Virus record (IMG/VR): IMGVR_UViG_3300028388_002747 | Span: 5,515-69,514 of that record | Strand: one strand, 5' to 3' | Length of the DNA stretch: 64,000 nt | Source of the DNA: a virus | In this document: positions 49,607 through 57,867 of the stretch, one piece after another | Position numbering within the stretch: the stretch's first letter is position 1 | Layout: the number at the start of each line of letters is the position of its first letter | Program-made: the position numbers and the translations under genes | Notes under the pieces: generated by a model | What the model saw: the letters and a program-made list of their open reading frames with translations, nothing else | What the model was told of the DNA's origin: nothing | Database searches by the model: none

Positions 49607-50161
49607 ATGAATGGAATAATTGCAGCTTCAAGAAGAATTGGTGACAATCAGCCTCCATCAGTACCAACTGGGTTAAATGCTACAAGTATTTGTCAAACAA
49701 CATTTACGCTTAATTGGAGTGCTTCAACAGATAATGTTGGCGTAACTGGGTATAGAGTATATAAAAATGGAGTTTCTGAAGCTACATTAGGTAATGTTAC
49801 ATCTTATAATGTAACTGGGCAATCAGCTGGTGCAACAAATACTTGGACAGTATCAGCTTTAGATGCAGCTGGTAATGAATCATCACAATCAAGTGGTTTA
49901 AGTGTTACTCAAAGTGTTAGTGTTTCAGCTGTATTAATGTCAAATACTGGTCAATCCACACAAGTTGCTGCTTGTGGAGAGTCAACAACTATAACAAGAT
50001 ATGTAACTGGTGGAAATACAACTCCAGATAATGGTGAAACTGTATATAATAACAGTTGTGCATCAAATGTATTTGTTGGAGGTAATTTATGGTACACAAA
50101 TGGATCTGTTTCATTTACAATTAATAATTCAGGTGTTGTGTCTAACTCTACAATTTGTTAA
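49607..50161 (+). CDS. Fibronectin type III domain virion protein
   Basis: DNQPPSVPTGL..LNWSASTDNVGVTGYRVY..VSALDAAGNES is a classic FN3 signature; Cys-capped C-terminal module. Confidence 0.85.
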   Translation: MNGIIAASRRIGDNQPPSVPTGLNATSICQTTFTLNWSASTDNVGVTGYRVYKNGVSEATLGNVTSYNVTGQSAGATNTWTVSALDAAGNESSQSSGLSVTQSVSVSAVLMSNTGQSTQVAACGESTTITRYVTGGNTTPDNGETVYNNSCASNVFVGGNLWYTNGSVSFTINNSGVVSNSTIC

Positions 50162-50163
50162 TT

Positions 50164-50541
50164 ATGAAAAAATTTTTAAAATATATACTCGTATTTGGGT
50201 TTTTGATTTTGTTTATTAAGTATAGTTTTTTGATATTACTTATATGGGGAATTATAGAGTTATTAATTTTTTCATTATACCATAAATCGACAACAAAAAT
50301 CAAGCAATTTATTTGTAACTTTGTTTTAACAATATTAAATTGCATAGATATCCTCTTTAATGTTATTTTGCAGATTCCTGCAAACAGGATATTGTTAACT
50401 ACACATTCTCCTACTCTTTTTGGAAACCCCCAACAGTCTTTTACAGAAGTATTAAGATCTAATTTTATTTATAACAATCTGAAGTACAGGGGTGTGTTAC
50501 TTTACAAATTTATTATTTATTTTAAAAAAATACTAGCATGA
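50164..50541 (+). CDS. Membrane protein
   Basis: ATG at 50164. Hydrophobic helices; 'IDILFNV..FGNP' motif. Confidence 0.55.
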   Translation: MKKFLKYILVFGFLILFIKYSFLILLIWGIIELLIFSLYHKSTTKIKQFICNFVLTILNCIDILFNVILQIPANRILLTTHSPTLFGNPQQSFTEVLRSNFIYNNLKYRGVLLYKFIIYFKKILA

Positions 50542-50870
50542 ATATAACAGACTTTTTACGTGATCATTTTAAAGATGCATTATATATTGGAGGTGCTGTT
50601 GTATCATTTTTTGTAGGGACTAAATTAAGAAAACTTAATGTTAAAAAAGAGGAAGTAAATGTACAAACAAGTGAACTAGAAAATGTTGAAGCAGCATTAA
50701 AAATATATAGATTAATGCTCACGGATTTACAGGAAAAATTAAAAAAGGCTGAAGAAGCTTATATGGTAATTGAGGAGAGGTTACACGCATCAATAGAGAA
50801 CAATAAAACTCTGAGTGATGAAAATAAAAAATTAAAATCTCAACTCAATGAAATTACAGGTAATAGTTAA
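50538..50870 (+). CDS. Holin-like / TM plus coiled-coil protein
   Basis: N-terminal hydrophobic segment and coiled coil; overlaps the putative endolysin gene. Confidence 0.5.
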   Translation: MNITDFLRDHFKDALYIGGAVVSFFVGTKLRKLNVKKEEVNVQTSELENVEAALKIYRLMLTDLQEKLKKAEEAYMVIEERLHASIENNKTLSDENKKLKSQLNEITGNS

Positions 50871-51285
50871 TCGGTTTAGAGTAGAACACAATTATGCATT
50901 AGGACATTGTTATATAAAACATGGCCCAGGTCAAGCTGAATATGTTGGTTGCTCGCTTGAAAGAGGTTGGAGAAACAATCAAAATAGAATTAGTTGTGTT
51001 CCGGAAGGTGTATATCCATTGAAGTATGAATATTCTCCAAGGTTTAGAAAGAAACTTTGGGAATTATATGATGTCCCTGGAAGATCTGAATGTAAGTTCC
51101 ATGCAGCAAATTACTGGCGACAACTTAATGGCTGTATTGCTCTTGGTAATAAACATATAGATATTGACAGAGATGGTGATCCGGATGTAACCTCATCCAG
51201 AAATACAATGAAAAAATTTCATGAACTAATGGACAAGTATGTTCAGCCAGGTATGGAAGTAGAAGTTGTGATTCGTAATATTTAA
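50848..51285 (+). CDS. DUF5675-family protein, putative endolysin
   Basis: LERGWRNN..ISCVPEGVY..VPGRS..FHAAN...LNGCIALG; lysis-cassette context. Confidence 0.7.
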   Translation: MKLQVIVNRFRVEHNYALGHCYIKHGPGQAEYVGCSLERGWRNNQNRISCVPEGVYPLKYEYSPRFRKKLWELYDVPGRSECKFHAANYWRQLNGCIALGNKHIDIDRDGDPDVTSSRNTMKKFHELMDKYVQPGMEVEVVIRNI

Positions 51286-51304
51286 AATTTATTTTGTATC
51301 TTTA
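51272..51304 (+). promoter_or_regulatory. Promoter candidate
   Basis: TTCG, N21, TATCTTTA just upstream of ATG 51309. Confidence 0.3.
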
Positions 51305-51308
51305 AATC

Positions 51309-51641
51309 ATGGCTAAAAAAATTATGAGCTTTATCTCAAATAATTGGTTTACATTATTAATTATTGCAATTTTTATATTTGTAATAGTGAAAACTTTTTT
51401 TGAGTTAAAAGATTATCAAAAGCAGGTTAGAGAGTATGAAGCAAAAATTAAATCATTGAATGAACGTATCAAAAAAGACTTTGAGCTTATAGAAGAGCTC
51501 AAAGAAAAAGATACTGTTTACATTGATAGTATAAAAGTAATTAAAGATAAAGCAGATGTCCAAATTAAGCTTGTTGATACTATGTCTGTTAGTACCATGC
51601 AGTCTTTTTTCTCAGATAGATACGACAAAACAAAAGACTAA
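51309..51641 (+). CDS. Inner-membrane spanin-like protein
   Basis: N-terminal TM helix plus coiled coil; follows the endolysin and overlaps the next gene by 86 nt. Confidence 0.55.
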   Translation: MAKKIMSFISNNWFTLLIIAIFIFVIVKTFFELKDYQKQVREYEAKIKSLNERIKKDFELIEELKEKDTVYIDSIKVIKDKADVQIKLVDTMSVSTMQSFFSDRYDKTKD

Positions 51642-52050
51642 ATACGTATTTTTAACAGAAGCACAAGCTAGAGCAAATATTAAAGAGCTGATAGCTTATG
51701 ATGCTTTAAAGCTTGTATCAGAACAGCAAGAAAAAAGGATTAAAAATTTAGGTGAACAGATAGAACTTTATAAAGGAGTAGTAAAAAAGAAAGACTCTGT
51801 AATATCTTATAAAGATTCTATAATAGATGTTCAAGATAAAATTATAAATGCAAAGTGGATTCCTAAAATTAGTGGTTATGGAGGGTTAGATTTCATAGGC
51901 TTTGATTTTAATAATCCAACTTTTTATTTTAGAAGTGCTTTAGAATTTAGAAAAATAAGTATAGGAATACAATTAAATGGAAGAGTGTCTGACCAATATA
52001 ATTTACCAAATTTATTTGGTACACTAAGAGCAGAATTTAAAATATTTTAA
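51556..52050 (+). CDS. Secreted coiled-coil protein with C-terminal amphipathic beta strands (outer spanin-like)
   Basis: Signal-peptide-like N-terminus (..LFSQ), coiled coil, then about four alternating beta strands ending in F. Confidence 0.5.
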   Translation: MSKLSLLILCLLVPCSLFSQIDTTKQKTKYVFLTEAQARANIKELIAYDALKLVSEQQEKRIKNLGEQIELYKGVVKKKDSVISYKDSIIDVQDKIINAKWIPKISGYGGLDFIGFDFNNPTFYFRSALEFRKISIGIQLNGRVSDQYNLPNLFGTLRAEFKIF

Positions 52051-52061
52051 AACCAAAACAT

Positions 52062-52196
52062 ATGCCTTTAATAGGAAACAATGAATACCGGAAAAAAGTA
52101 AAGAAGAAGCGTCCAGGTATTCATGCAAAAACAAAGACTTCTTCTAACAAGAATAGTAAATTATATAAAAAAATGTACAATGGGCAGGGTAACTAA
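52062..52196 (+). CDS. Small highly basic protein (44 aa)
   Basis: MPLIGNNEYRKKVKKKRPGIHAKTKTSSNKNSKLYKKMYNGQGN. The KKKRPG.HAK..Y.GQG pattern is one I recall from small phage proteins. Below the ORF-track cutoff. Confidence 0.7.
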   Translation: MPLIGNNEYRKKVKKKRPGIHAKTKTSSNKNSKLYKKMYNGQGN

Positions 52197-52398
52197 TTTG
52201 TGGAATGGATATGCTCTTACTAATATTGAGCAAAAAATATTAACAAAAATGACTCTTAATGAGTTTAAAAAACCTGTACATAAAAGACGTACACCACAAG
52301 AGTTAATGAGTAGGGTACTTAGATTGTTTTCTAAAAAAGTAGAAGCAAGATTAAAATACGCGAAAGTTAAATATGAAAAGACTTCTAAAAAGCAGTAG
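52180..52398 (+). CDS. Hypothetical basic protein
   Basis: Start at 52180 preferred because the track start (52123) overlaps the 44-aa gene extensively. Confidence 0.5.
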   Translation: MGRVTNLWNGYALTNIEQKILTKMTLNEFKKPVHKRRTPQELMSRVLRLFSKKVEARLKYAKVKYEKTSKKQ

Positions 52399-52570
52399 AT
52401 TTGCTGTAACTGTGATAGGTTTAGTAGCTTCTTGGGTTACAATGAAATGGTTTGGATCTGAAACATATGCATTAGCAGTGTTAGGTGCTTTTACAACCAT
52501 GGTGATAACTACAGCAGGAAAAGACATAGCATCAACTATGAAAGGAGTAGAATTTAAAAGAGAACAATAA
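52373..52570 (+). CDS. Small two-TM protein (holin-like)
   Basis: 65 aa with two hydrophobic helices, in the lysis region. Confidence 0.5.
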   Translation: MKRLLKSSRFAVTVIGLVASWVTMKWFGSETYALAVLGAFTTMVITTAGKDIASTMKGVEFKREQ

Positions 52571-53232
52571 TGAAAAAATCAAATTTTATAACATTTTTAC
52601 TACTAATTATTTTAGTAGTATTAAGTTGTGACGATGGAAATAATAATATTACTTCATCTAGTAATAAAGAAGAACTTATTAAAGAAACTAATTTAGAGGA
52701 CTCAGTTTTATACTCTAAACTTTATAGATATAGTCCTTATCAACAAGTAAGTTCTTTGTTAGAAGAACAAATGAAGTATGATTATAAGTATAGAATGGCT
52801 AGATATGATATACTTCTACAAGCTATTAATAAATTTGAGGAGCGTCTTAAAACATTGGAATCACAAACAAGCGTTGTTGATACTATAGTTATTACACCAG
52901 ATTATTCTGAAATACTAGTTAAGATAGATTCTATAGGACAATTGATTGATAATATTCCAACAACAGATTTATCTAGTGTAAATAGTAGAATAGATAGTAT
53001 TGTTAATGTTCTTAATAATCAACCAGAGTATGTGCAACCCCAAACATTCCAAGATAGTATTAATCAATTAAAGTTAATTAATGAATTACAGGGAATAGCA
53101 CTACAAGATCTTTTTACTTTTAAAACGTATATTGATCAACGCGATAGAGTGAAAGATAGTATCTTAATGAACAGACAAGAGGGTATGCAAGATCAATTAA
53201 ACATTATTAATCAAATTTTAAATCAAAATTAA
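52570..53232 (+). CDS. Lipoprotein with coiled coils
   Basis: MKK, hydrophobic stretch, then VLSC lipobox followed by DDG. Confidence 0.7.
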   Translation: MKKSNFITFLLLIILVVLSCDDGNNNITSSSNKEELIKETNLEDSVLYSKLYRYSPYQQVSSLLEEQMKYDYKYRMARYDILLQAINKFEERLKTLESQTSVVDTIVITPDYSEILVKIDSIGQLIDNIPTTDLSSVNSRIDSIVNVLNNQPEYVQPQTFQDSINQLKLINELQGIALQDLFTFKTYIDQRDRVKDSILMNRQEGMQDQLNIINQILNQN

Positions 53233-53237
53233 ATATT

Positions 53238-53534
53238 ATGGAATTTTCAGTAGGAATGATTTTAGAAGCACTTACACCATTAATTGTTTATGGAGTAACT
53301 GCATTATTTAGAAAAATATCTCCTTGGTTAGAGAACAATAGTGTTGCCACTATTGCATTAGTTGCTTTACTTTCAGGTGTAGTTCCTGTAGTAACAAATT
53401 TGTTTGAAGGATCAGGAGAACTAAGTTTCTTAGTTCAATTTGGATATGGTTTACTCTCAATTGTATTGAGTCAAGTTTATAGAGCTCTTACAGGTGGAAA
53501 TGAAGCATATCATCAACGTAAATTAAATAAGTAA
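53238..53534 (+). CDS. Three-TM membrane protein (holin-like)
   Basis: 98 aa, three hydrophobic helices and a basic C-terminal tail. Confidence 0.5.
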   Translation: MEFSVGMILEALTPLIVYGVTALFRKISPWLENNSVATIALVALLSGVVPVVTNLFEGSGELSFLVQFGYGLLSIVLSQVYRALTGGNEAYHQRKLNK

Positions 53535-53536
53535 TT

Positions 53537-54598
53537 ATGGCATATGAAAGTACATATATTAAACCTGGTTTCTGGATAACCACCAGAAAACCTTATGGAA
53601 AAGGGTTTCTTAATTTAACCCAAATGATAACATCAGCTATTCCTGAATTGGAAACATTAGATGTTTTATCATATCCTGTTGAAAATTCATATCCCACTGC
53701 AAATGATATGACATCTGACCAAGTGAGTCAAACTGTGAAATTTTTTCAATATGTAATAGATACAGATACCTATTATGAATATTTAGGAACTACAAATGGA
53801 GTTATTACAGACTATAGAGAACTCACACCAGATGAGGTTACAATTATAAATGCTAAAGTAAAAACTCCTGTTGATAAAATTTATGCAGATGCAACAGCTT
53901 TATATGCTGATCAGAAAAAACAAATTAAAGGTTTTATTTATCGTACATCTGATGATGATGCTCATTTTGAATATTTAGGTACACGTAATGGTGATGCTAC
54001 AGATTATAAACCTGTTGGTGGTAGTAGTGGTGGAACTACTCCTGCAGGAAATAACACTGAAATTCAATTTAATAATGGAGGTTCTTTTGGTTCTAGTCCT
54101 AATCTTACATTTGCTTCTGCTTCTGACACTTTAAATGTTGGTAGAGATGCTCTATCTGATGGACAAATCAATGTTTATGGTGGTTCTGGGGGAGGTACTT
54201 CTGAAGTTAGATTATATAATTCTTCAGCATCTCAAACAAATACTGTTTTTTGGAGTACTGGTACAGCTAATGGAGATTTTATACTCACTGATTCATCTTT
54301 TAATAGATATATTGAAATAGATGATTTTGATACTACTATGAGATTTCCTCAACAAACAGTAGCAAAAATAGATGCTGATGATGGGTTTACAGCAGCTACA
54401 AAACAATATGTTTTAGATAAAACACTTAGTCCAGTATCTACAGTAGCAGGATTACCAGGAACACCATCTCAAGGTGATAGAGCTTTTGTTACAGATAGCA
54501 CTGTAGTAGCAGCAGGTAATTTTGGTAATGTTGTCGCTGGTAGTGGTGCAAATTTCTGTCCAGTTTATTATGATGGAACAGATTGGAGAATAGGATAA
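53537..54598 (+). CDS. Modular structural/fibre protein
   Basis: Internal repeat (YYEYLGTTNG..TDY / HFEYLGTRNG..TDY), PAGNNTEIQFNNGGSF fibre motif, and a C-terminal module shared with ORF 37112. Confidence 0.6.
   Translation: MAYESTYIKPGFWITTRKPYGKGFLNLTQMITSAIPELETLDVLSYPVENSYPTANDMTSDQVSQTVKFFQYVIDTDTYYEYLGTTNGVITDYRELTPDEVTIINAKVKTPVDKIYADATALYADQKKQIKGFIYRTSDDDAHFEYLGTRNGDATDYKPVGGSSGGTTPAGNNTEIQFNNGGSFGSSPNLTFASASDTLNVGRDALSDGQINVYGGSGGGTSEVRLYNSSASQTNTVFWSTGTANGDFILTDSSFNRYIEIDDFDTTMRFPQQTVAKIDADDGFTAATKQYVLDKTLSPVSTVAGLPGTPSQGDRAFVTDSTVVAAGNFGNVVAGSGANFCPVYYDGTDWRIG
54440..54598 (+). repeat. Duplicated 52-aa C-terminal module, copy 2
   Basis: Matches 37631-37789 (35 of 52 aa identical, ungapped). 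Confidence 0.85.
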
Positions 54599-54614
54599 AA
54601 TTAAAAAATTAAAT

Positions 54615-55643
54615 ATGGAAAAAAGGGAGTTAAAATTTATGACCTGTTGCCCAGATGATACTTACTTTACATGGCAAGTACATCTTTGGTTAGATAACCT
54701 TAGAAATTTAGGCTACAGTCAAAATGCAGTTGTATTATTATTTATTCCAGTTACTAGGAATAGAAATCCTAAATGGGATAAGATAATAGAAATGTTTCCG
54801 GAAACTATATTTAAATTTTATAAGGATGAAAAAGATGAAATTAGCAGAGCATTTATTCCTCAATATATTTCTGTATTACGTCCTTGGTTGATGAGAGAGT
54901 GGTTTAAAGAAAACCCAGAGTATGAAAAACATGCTATCTTTTATTGTGACAGTGATATCTTATTTACTGAAAGCTTTAATATTGCTGATTATGTTAATGA
55001 TAATATTAATTATCTCAGTGATACTAATTCCTATATATCTGTTACCTACTTTGATAGTAAGATTAAAGATGTTAAAGTAGATAAGCTAAATGAATATAGG
55101 AACCTTGATGTGTTTTCAATGGTAGGTTCTTTAATAGGTATCACTAGAGAACAAGGTGAAAAGTATAAAAATGATAGTGGTGGTGCTCAGTATCTTCTTA
55201 AAGATTTAAATGCTGAATATTGGCATAAAGTAATGAATGATTGTATGATCATTCGTGGTTACTTACAAAAAATAAATAGGGAGTTTTTTGAATCTGAAGC
55301 AAAAGGATTTCAAAGTTGGTGTGCAGATATGTGGGCCGTGCTTTGGAACTTATGGTTTAGAGGAAATGAAACTAAAGTTATTCCAGAGATGGGTTTTGCA
55401 TGGTCTACAGATTCAATAGACAAATTAAAAACACATCCTATTATGCATAATGCTGGTGTAACTAGTACATATATGGGAAAAGTTCCTTATTTTTACAAAG
55501 GTAAATATCACCAGGGAACAGATCCAACAAGTGACCCTCATTTAGATAAAGTTCTAAATCATGAGGTAACAAAAACAAAATGCAATTGGTACTATGCCAA
55601 TGCACTAAAAAATTTAAAACAAACGTATAATATTAATTATTAA
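54615..55643 (+). CDS. GT-A glycosyltransferase resembling peptidyl-Ser galactosyl / Hyp arabinosyl transferases (GT96/GT95-like)
   Basis: YFTWQV, RPWL..WF, DxD (CDSDILF), GGAQYL and WCADMWA motifs parallel YFDWQ / KP..W / D.D / W..EMY of the plant-type protein O-glycosyltransferases. Confidence 0.6.
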   Translation: MEKRELKFMTCCPDDTYFTWQVHLWLDNLRNLGYSQNAVVLLFIPVTRNRNPKWDKIIEMFPETIFKFYKDEKDEISRAFIPQYISVLRPWLMREWFKENPEYEKHAIFYCDSDILFTESFNIADYVNDNINYLSDTNSYISVTYFDSKIKDVKVDKLNEYRNLDVFSMVGSLIGITREQGEKYKNDSGGAQYLLKDLNAEYWHKVMNDCMIIRGYLQKINREFFESEAKGFQSWCADMWAVLWNLWFRGNETKVIPEMGFAWSTDSIDKLKTHPIMHNAGVTSTYMGKVPYFYKGKYHQGTDPTSDPHLDKVLNHEVTKTKCNWYYANALKNLKQTYNINY

Positions 55644-55654
55644 ATTTTAACACT

Positions 55655-55825
55655 ATGGCACTTGATAGAAGACTTAGAGCTTTTGTTCGTTATGATGGTA
55701 GCGGGCGGGTAGTTCCTGGCAGTATGGTTCTTAGAAAGAACAAACCTAAAGTGGGTAGATGGCAGGAGATCACTACATATGAATGTTGCAATCCTACCAC
55801 TACGACCACTACTACAACAGTTTAA
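55655..55825 (+). CDS. 56-aa protein with C-terminal CC and Thr8 tail
   Basis: MALDRRLRAFVRYDGSGRVVPGSMVLRKNKPKVGRWQEITTYECCNPTTTTTTTTV. Fills the gap between flanking + genes; missed by the track. Confidence 0.8.
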   Translation: MALDRRLRAFVRYDGSGRVVPGSMVLRKNKPKVGRWQEITTYECCNPTTTTTTTTV

Positions 55826-55836
55826 TATAAAATAGT

Positions 55837-56244
55837 ATGGAGAAGGTAATTTTTCCATCATCTATGAAACAAAAAGAAGAATGTTCAGCTACTAGTGTAG
55901 CTATGAATCTGTCTTATTTTCAAGATCAGCTTCATCTTGCTCACTGGCAAACACAAAGTTATTCAGAGCATGAAGCTCTTGGTAGTTTGTATGAATATAT
56001 TTTTGAGTTTAAAGATGGTGTAGTAGAAAAGATAATGGGTTATACCGGAGAAAGACCAAAGGCTTTTTCTCATAAACCCTTAATGGACAATTGTAATTGT
56101 ATGCAAATTGTCAAAGACCTCAAAGCATACTCAGATAAACTAGGTATGTGGGCTGATAGTAAAGGATATACAGATATCAAAAACTCAGCAGATGAACTTA
56201 GTGGCCAAGCTGCTAAGACACTTTATTTATTAACTTTAAAATAA
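55837..56244 (+). CDS. Ferritin/Dps-like four-helix protein (DUF5856-like)
   Basis: HLAHWQTQSYSEHEALG.LY..D.VVE..MG; C-terminal YLLTLK. Confidence 0.7.
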   Translation: MEKVIFPSSMKQKEECSATSVAMNLSYFQDQLHLAHWQTQSYSEHEALGSLYEYIFEFKDGVVEKIMGYTGERPKAFSHKPLMDNCNCMQIVKDLKAYSDKLGMWADSKGYTDIKNSADELSGQAAKTLYLLTLK

Positions 56245-56248
56245 AAAC

Positions 56249-56506
56249 ATGAAAGCAATTATTGATTGGTTTAAAAATGCATTTGCCTTTGTTAAAAACA
56301 TTGGTACTATTATACAAGAATGGATTAAAGAATATGGTTTCCAAAATGCCTTACTAATAATTTTAGCTTTAATATTGTGGTTTGTAATCCCTGGAGCCTT
56401 TTGGTCTTATTGGGGACATGCAATCTTTTGGTTCTTTATAGGACGTAATGTTGTAGCTTTAGAAAAAGTATGGAAAGATATAGTGAAGCCTAAGCTTGGA
56501 CTATAA
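56249..56506 (+). CDS. Small membrane protein
   Basis: Aromatic-rich hydrophobic helices. Confidence 0.6.
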   Translation: MKAIIDWFKNAFAFVKNIGTIIQEWIKEYGFQNALLIILALILWFVIPGAFWSYWGHAIFWFFIGRNVVALEKVWKDIVKPKLGL

Positions 56507-56791
56507 ATGGAAATACATAAAAAGTTTTTTGGAATACTTTCAGAAAATGAAGAGTTATACTTTGCACAATTAAAAGGTGTCATAGAAAGTGCTGATGAAT
56601 ACAGCTCTTTACAAATTATAAAAACCCCTCATCATTATATTTTTAGGTTAGCCCCAAGTTTACCAAAATACACTAATAATATAATTGATGTTTTGACTCA
56701 GTTTCATAATACTCTTGGAATTAGAATGATTTTTTCCAAGAGTATTAAGTCATCTGGGTCTATTTATTTCAAAATTAACTTGTCAGATTAA
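56507..56791 (+). CDS. Hypothetical protein
   Basis: 94-aa ORF abutting the previous stop codon. Confidence 0.6.
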   Translation: MEIHKKFFGILSENEELYFAQLKGVIESADEYSSLQIIKTPHHYIFRLAPSLPKYTNNIIDVLTQFHNTLGIRMIFSKSIKSSGSIYFKINLSD

Positions 56792-56810
56792 AAAAATTAT
56801 TCTAATTTTA
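56779..56810 (+). promoter_or_regulatory. Promoter candidate
   Basis: CTTG, N20, TAATTTTA upstream of ATG 56835. Confidence 0.45.
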
Positions 56811-56834
56811 TATCTTAATTAAAACAATTACAAA

Positions 56835-57152
56835 ATGGCAGAGAATAAATATGATCCTAATGTAAAATATGGATGGAATAAGGAAACACAATTCCTTTTA
56901 AATGGGAATGAGTTTGGATTAATATTAAACACTTTTAGAACAGTGTTATCCAGTCCAGAAGCACAAAAAATACTTCTTCTTAATCGTGCTAACGATCAAA
57001 TGGAAGATATTCTACAAAGAAATGTAGAATCTGGTAATGTTAAACCAGCAGAGCAACCTGAACAAGCTCCTATGCAAGCTGTTAAAGAAAAACCAAAAGC
57101 TTCTAAAAAAATACAGTCGTCTAAAAAGAAAGTTGCGACTGCTAAAAAATAA
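56835..57152 (+). CDS. Hypothetical protein with Lys-rich tail
   Basis: 105 aa; last gene of the + block. Confidence 0.65.
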   Translation: MAENKYDPNVKYGWNKETQFLLNGNEFGLILNTFRTVLSSPEAQKILLLNRANDQMEDILQRNVESGNVKPAEQPEQAPMQAVKEKPKASKKIQSSKKKVATAKK

Positions 57153-57200
57153 TTTCTTTCTCTTTCATTCATTTTTGAAATGTAATTTTTGTTCCAAAGG

Positions 57201-57229
57201 AAAAGCCCTCTTAATTGAGGGCTTTTTTA
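57201..57229. terminator. Bidirectional intrinsic terminator at the strand switch
   Basis: AAAAGCCCTC-TTAATT-GAGGGCTTTTTT between convergent gene blocks. Confidence 0.85.
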
Positions 57230-57252
57230 TATATAATGAATAATAGATTTGG

Positions 57253-57867
57253 TTATTTTAGATAGATAAATAATGCTTCTTCTGTTACAGCTCCTGGTAT
57301 TATTTGCCATTCAAATATATCTACATCTTCATGTTCTGTTAAGAATTCTTCTATATCTCTCTTTGAATAAGTGTTGTGATAAAGATTATTATCAGGGTTA
57401 TAGTTGATAATTTCTTGTTTTGCAGGTCTAATAAAGAATATGTGTACAACTAATTTACTAGCAACTCTAATCATTTCTTCTAGCATAGGCTGGAAATGTT
57501 TCTGATGTTCTAATACATGTCTTGAATAAGACACTTCTGTAGAGCCCGTAGCTAAACCAGTTTTATGGCCTTCTTTATTAATTACAGGTATTTCTTTTTG
57601 TGCTGCATCATTCCAGAGATAAACACTAGATTCAATCCCCTGCCACATAATATCTGGATGATCATTTGTGTAAATAAAGTAATCATCACACACACCACAA
57701 CCAAAATCTGTTATACTTCTATACTTTTGTCCGGTTATATAATCTCTTACATACACTTTAGAAAGTGCTGCAGGACTACCTACCCAAGATTTAAAGTTTT
57801 GGTATTGAGATTTAATATCTTTATCCCACCAAGTCTGTTTGTGTATATTATTTTCCATGATTATCAA
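57253..57867 (-). CDS. Class I SAM-dependent methyltransferase
   Basis: ITDFGCGV (motif I) and SYSRHVLEH..MLEEMIRVA. Resembles small-molecule/sugar methyltransferases; no DPPY/PC DNA-MTase motif. Confidence 0.85.
   Translation of the reverse strand: MIIMENNIHKQTWWDKDIKSQYQNFKSWVGSPAALSKVYVRDYITGQKYRSITDFGCGVCDDYFIYTNDHPDIMWQGIESSVYLWNDAAQKEIPVINKEGHKTGLATGSTEVSYSRHVLEHQKHFQPMLEEMIRVASKLVVHIFFIRPAKQEIINYNPDNNLYHNTYSKRDIEEFLTEHEDVDIFEWQIIPGAVTEEALFIYLK

Noticed and set aside
2179-50345. Many short antisense or alternate-frame ORFs in the track (e.g. 2179-2364, 14615-15091, 22228-22563, 46244-46657, 48632-49000)
   Set aside because: They lie wholly within long, well-supported genes and have shadow-ORF composition (I/F/S-rich) with no motifs.
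37631-54598. Diversity-generating retroelement TR/VR pair suggested by the duplicated C-terminal module
   Set aside because: Differences are spread over all bases and many are synonymous third-position changes, not adenine-specific. Both copies are coding, and there is no reverse transcriptase in the window.
55640-55861. Minus-strand 73-aa ORF in the track
   Set aside because: It is the antisense shadow of the 56-aa + strand gene 55655-55825, which fits the operon.
57253-57867. DNA methyltransferase / restriction-modification role
   Set aside because: Lacks DPPY/NPPY or PC catalytic motifs; HVLEH fits small-molecule or sugar methyltransferases.
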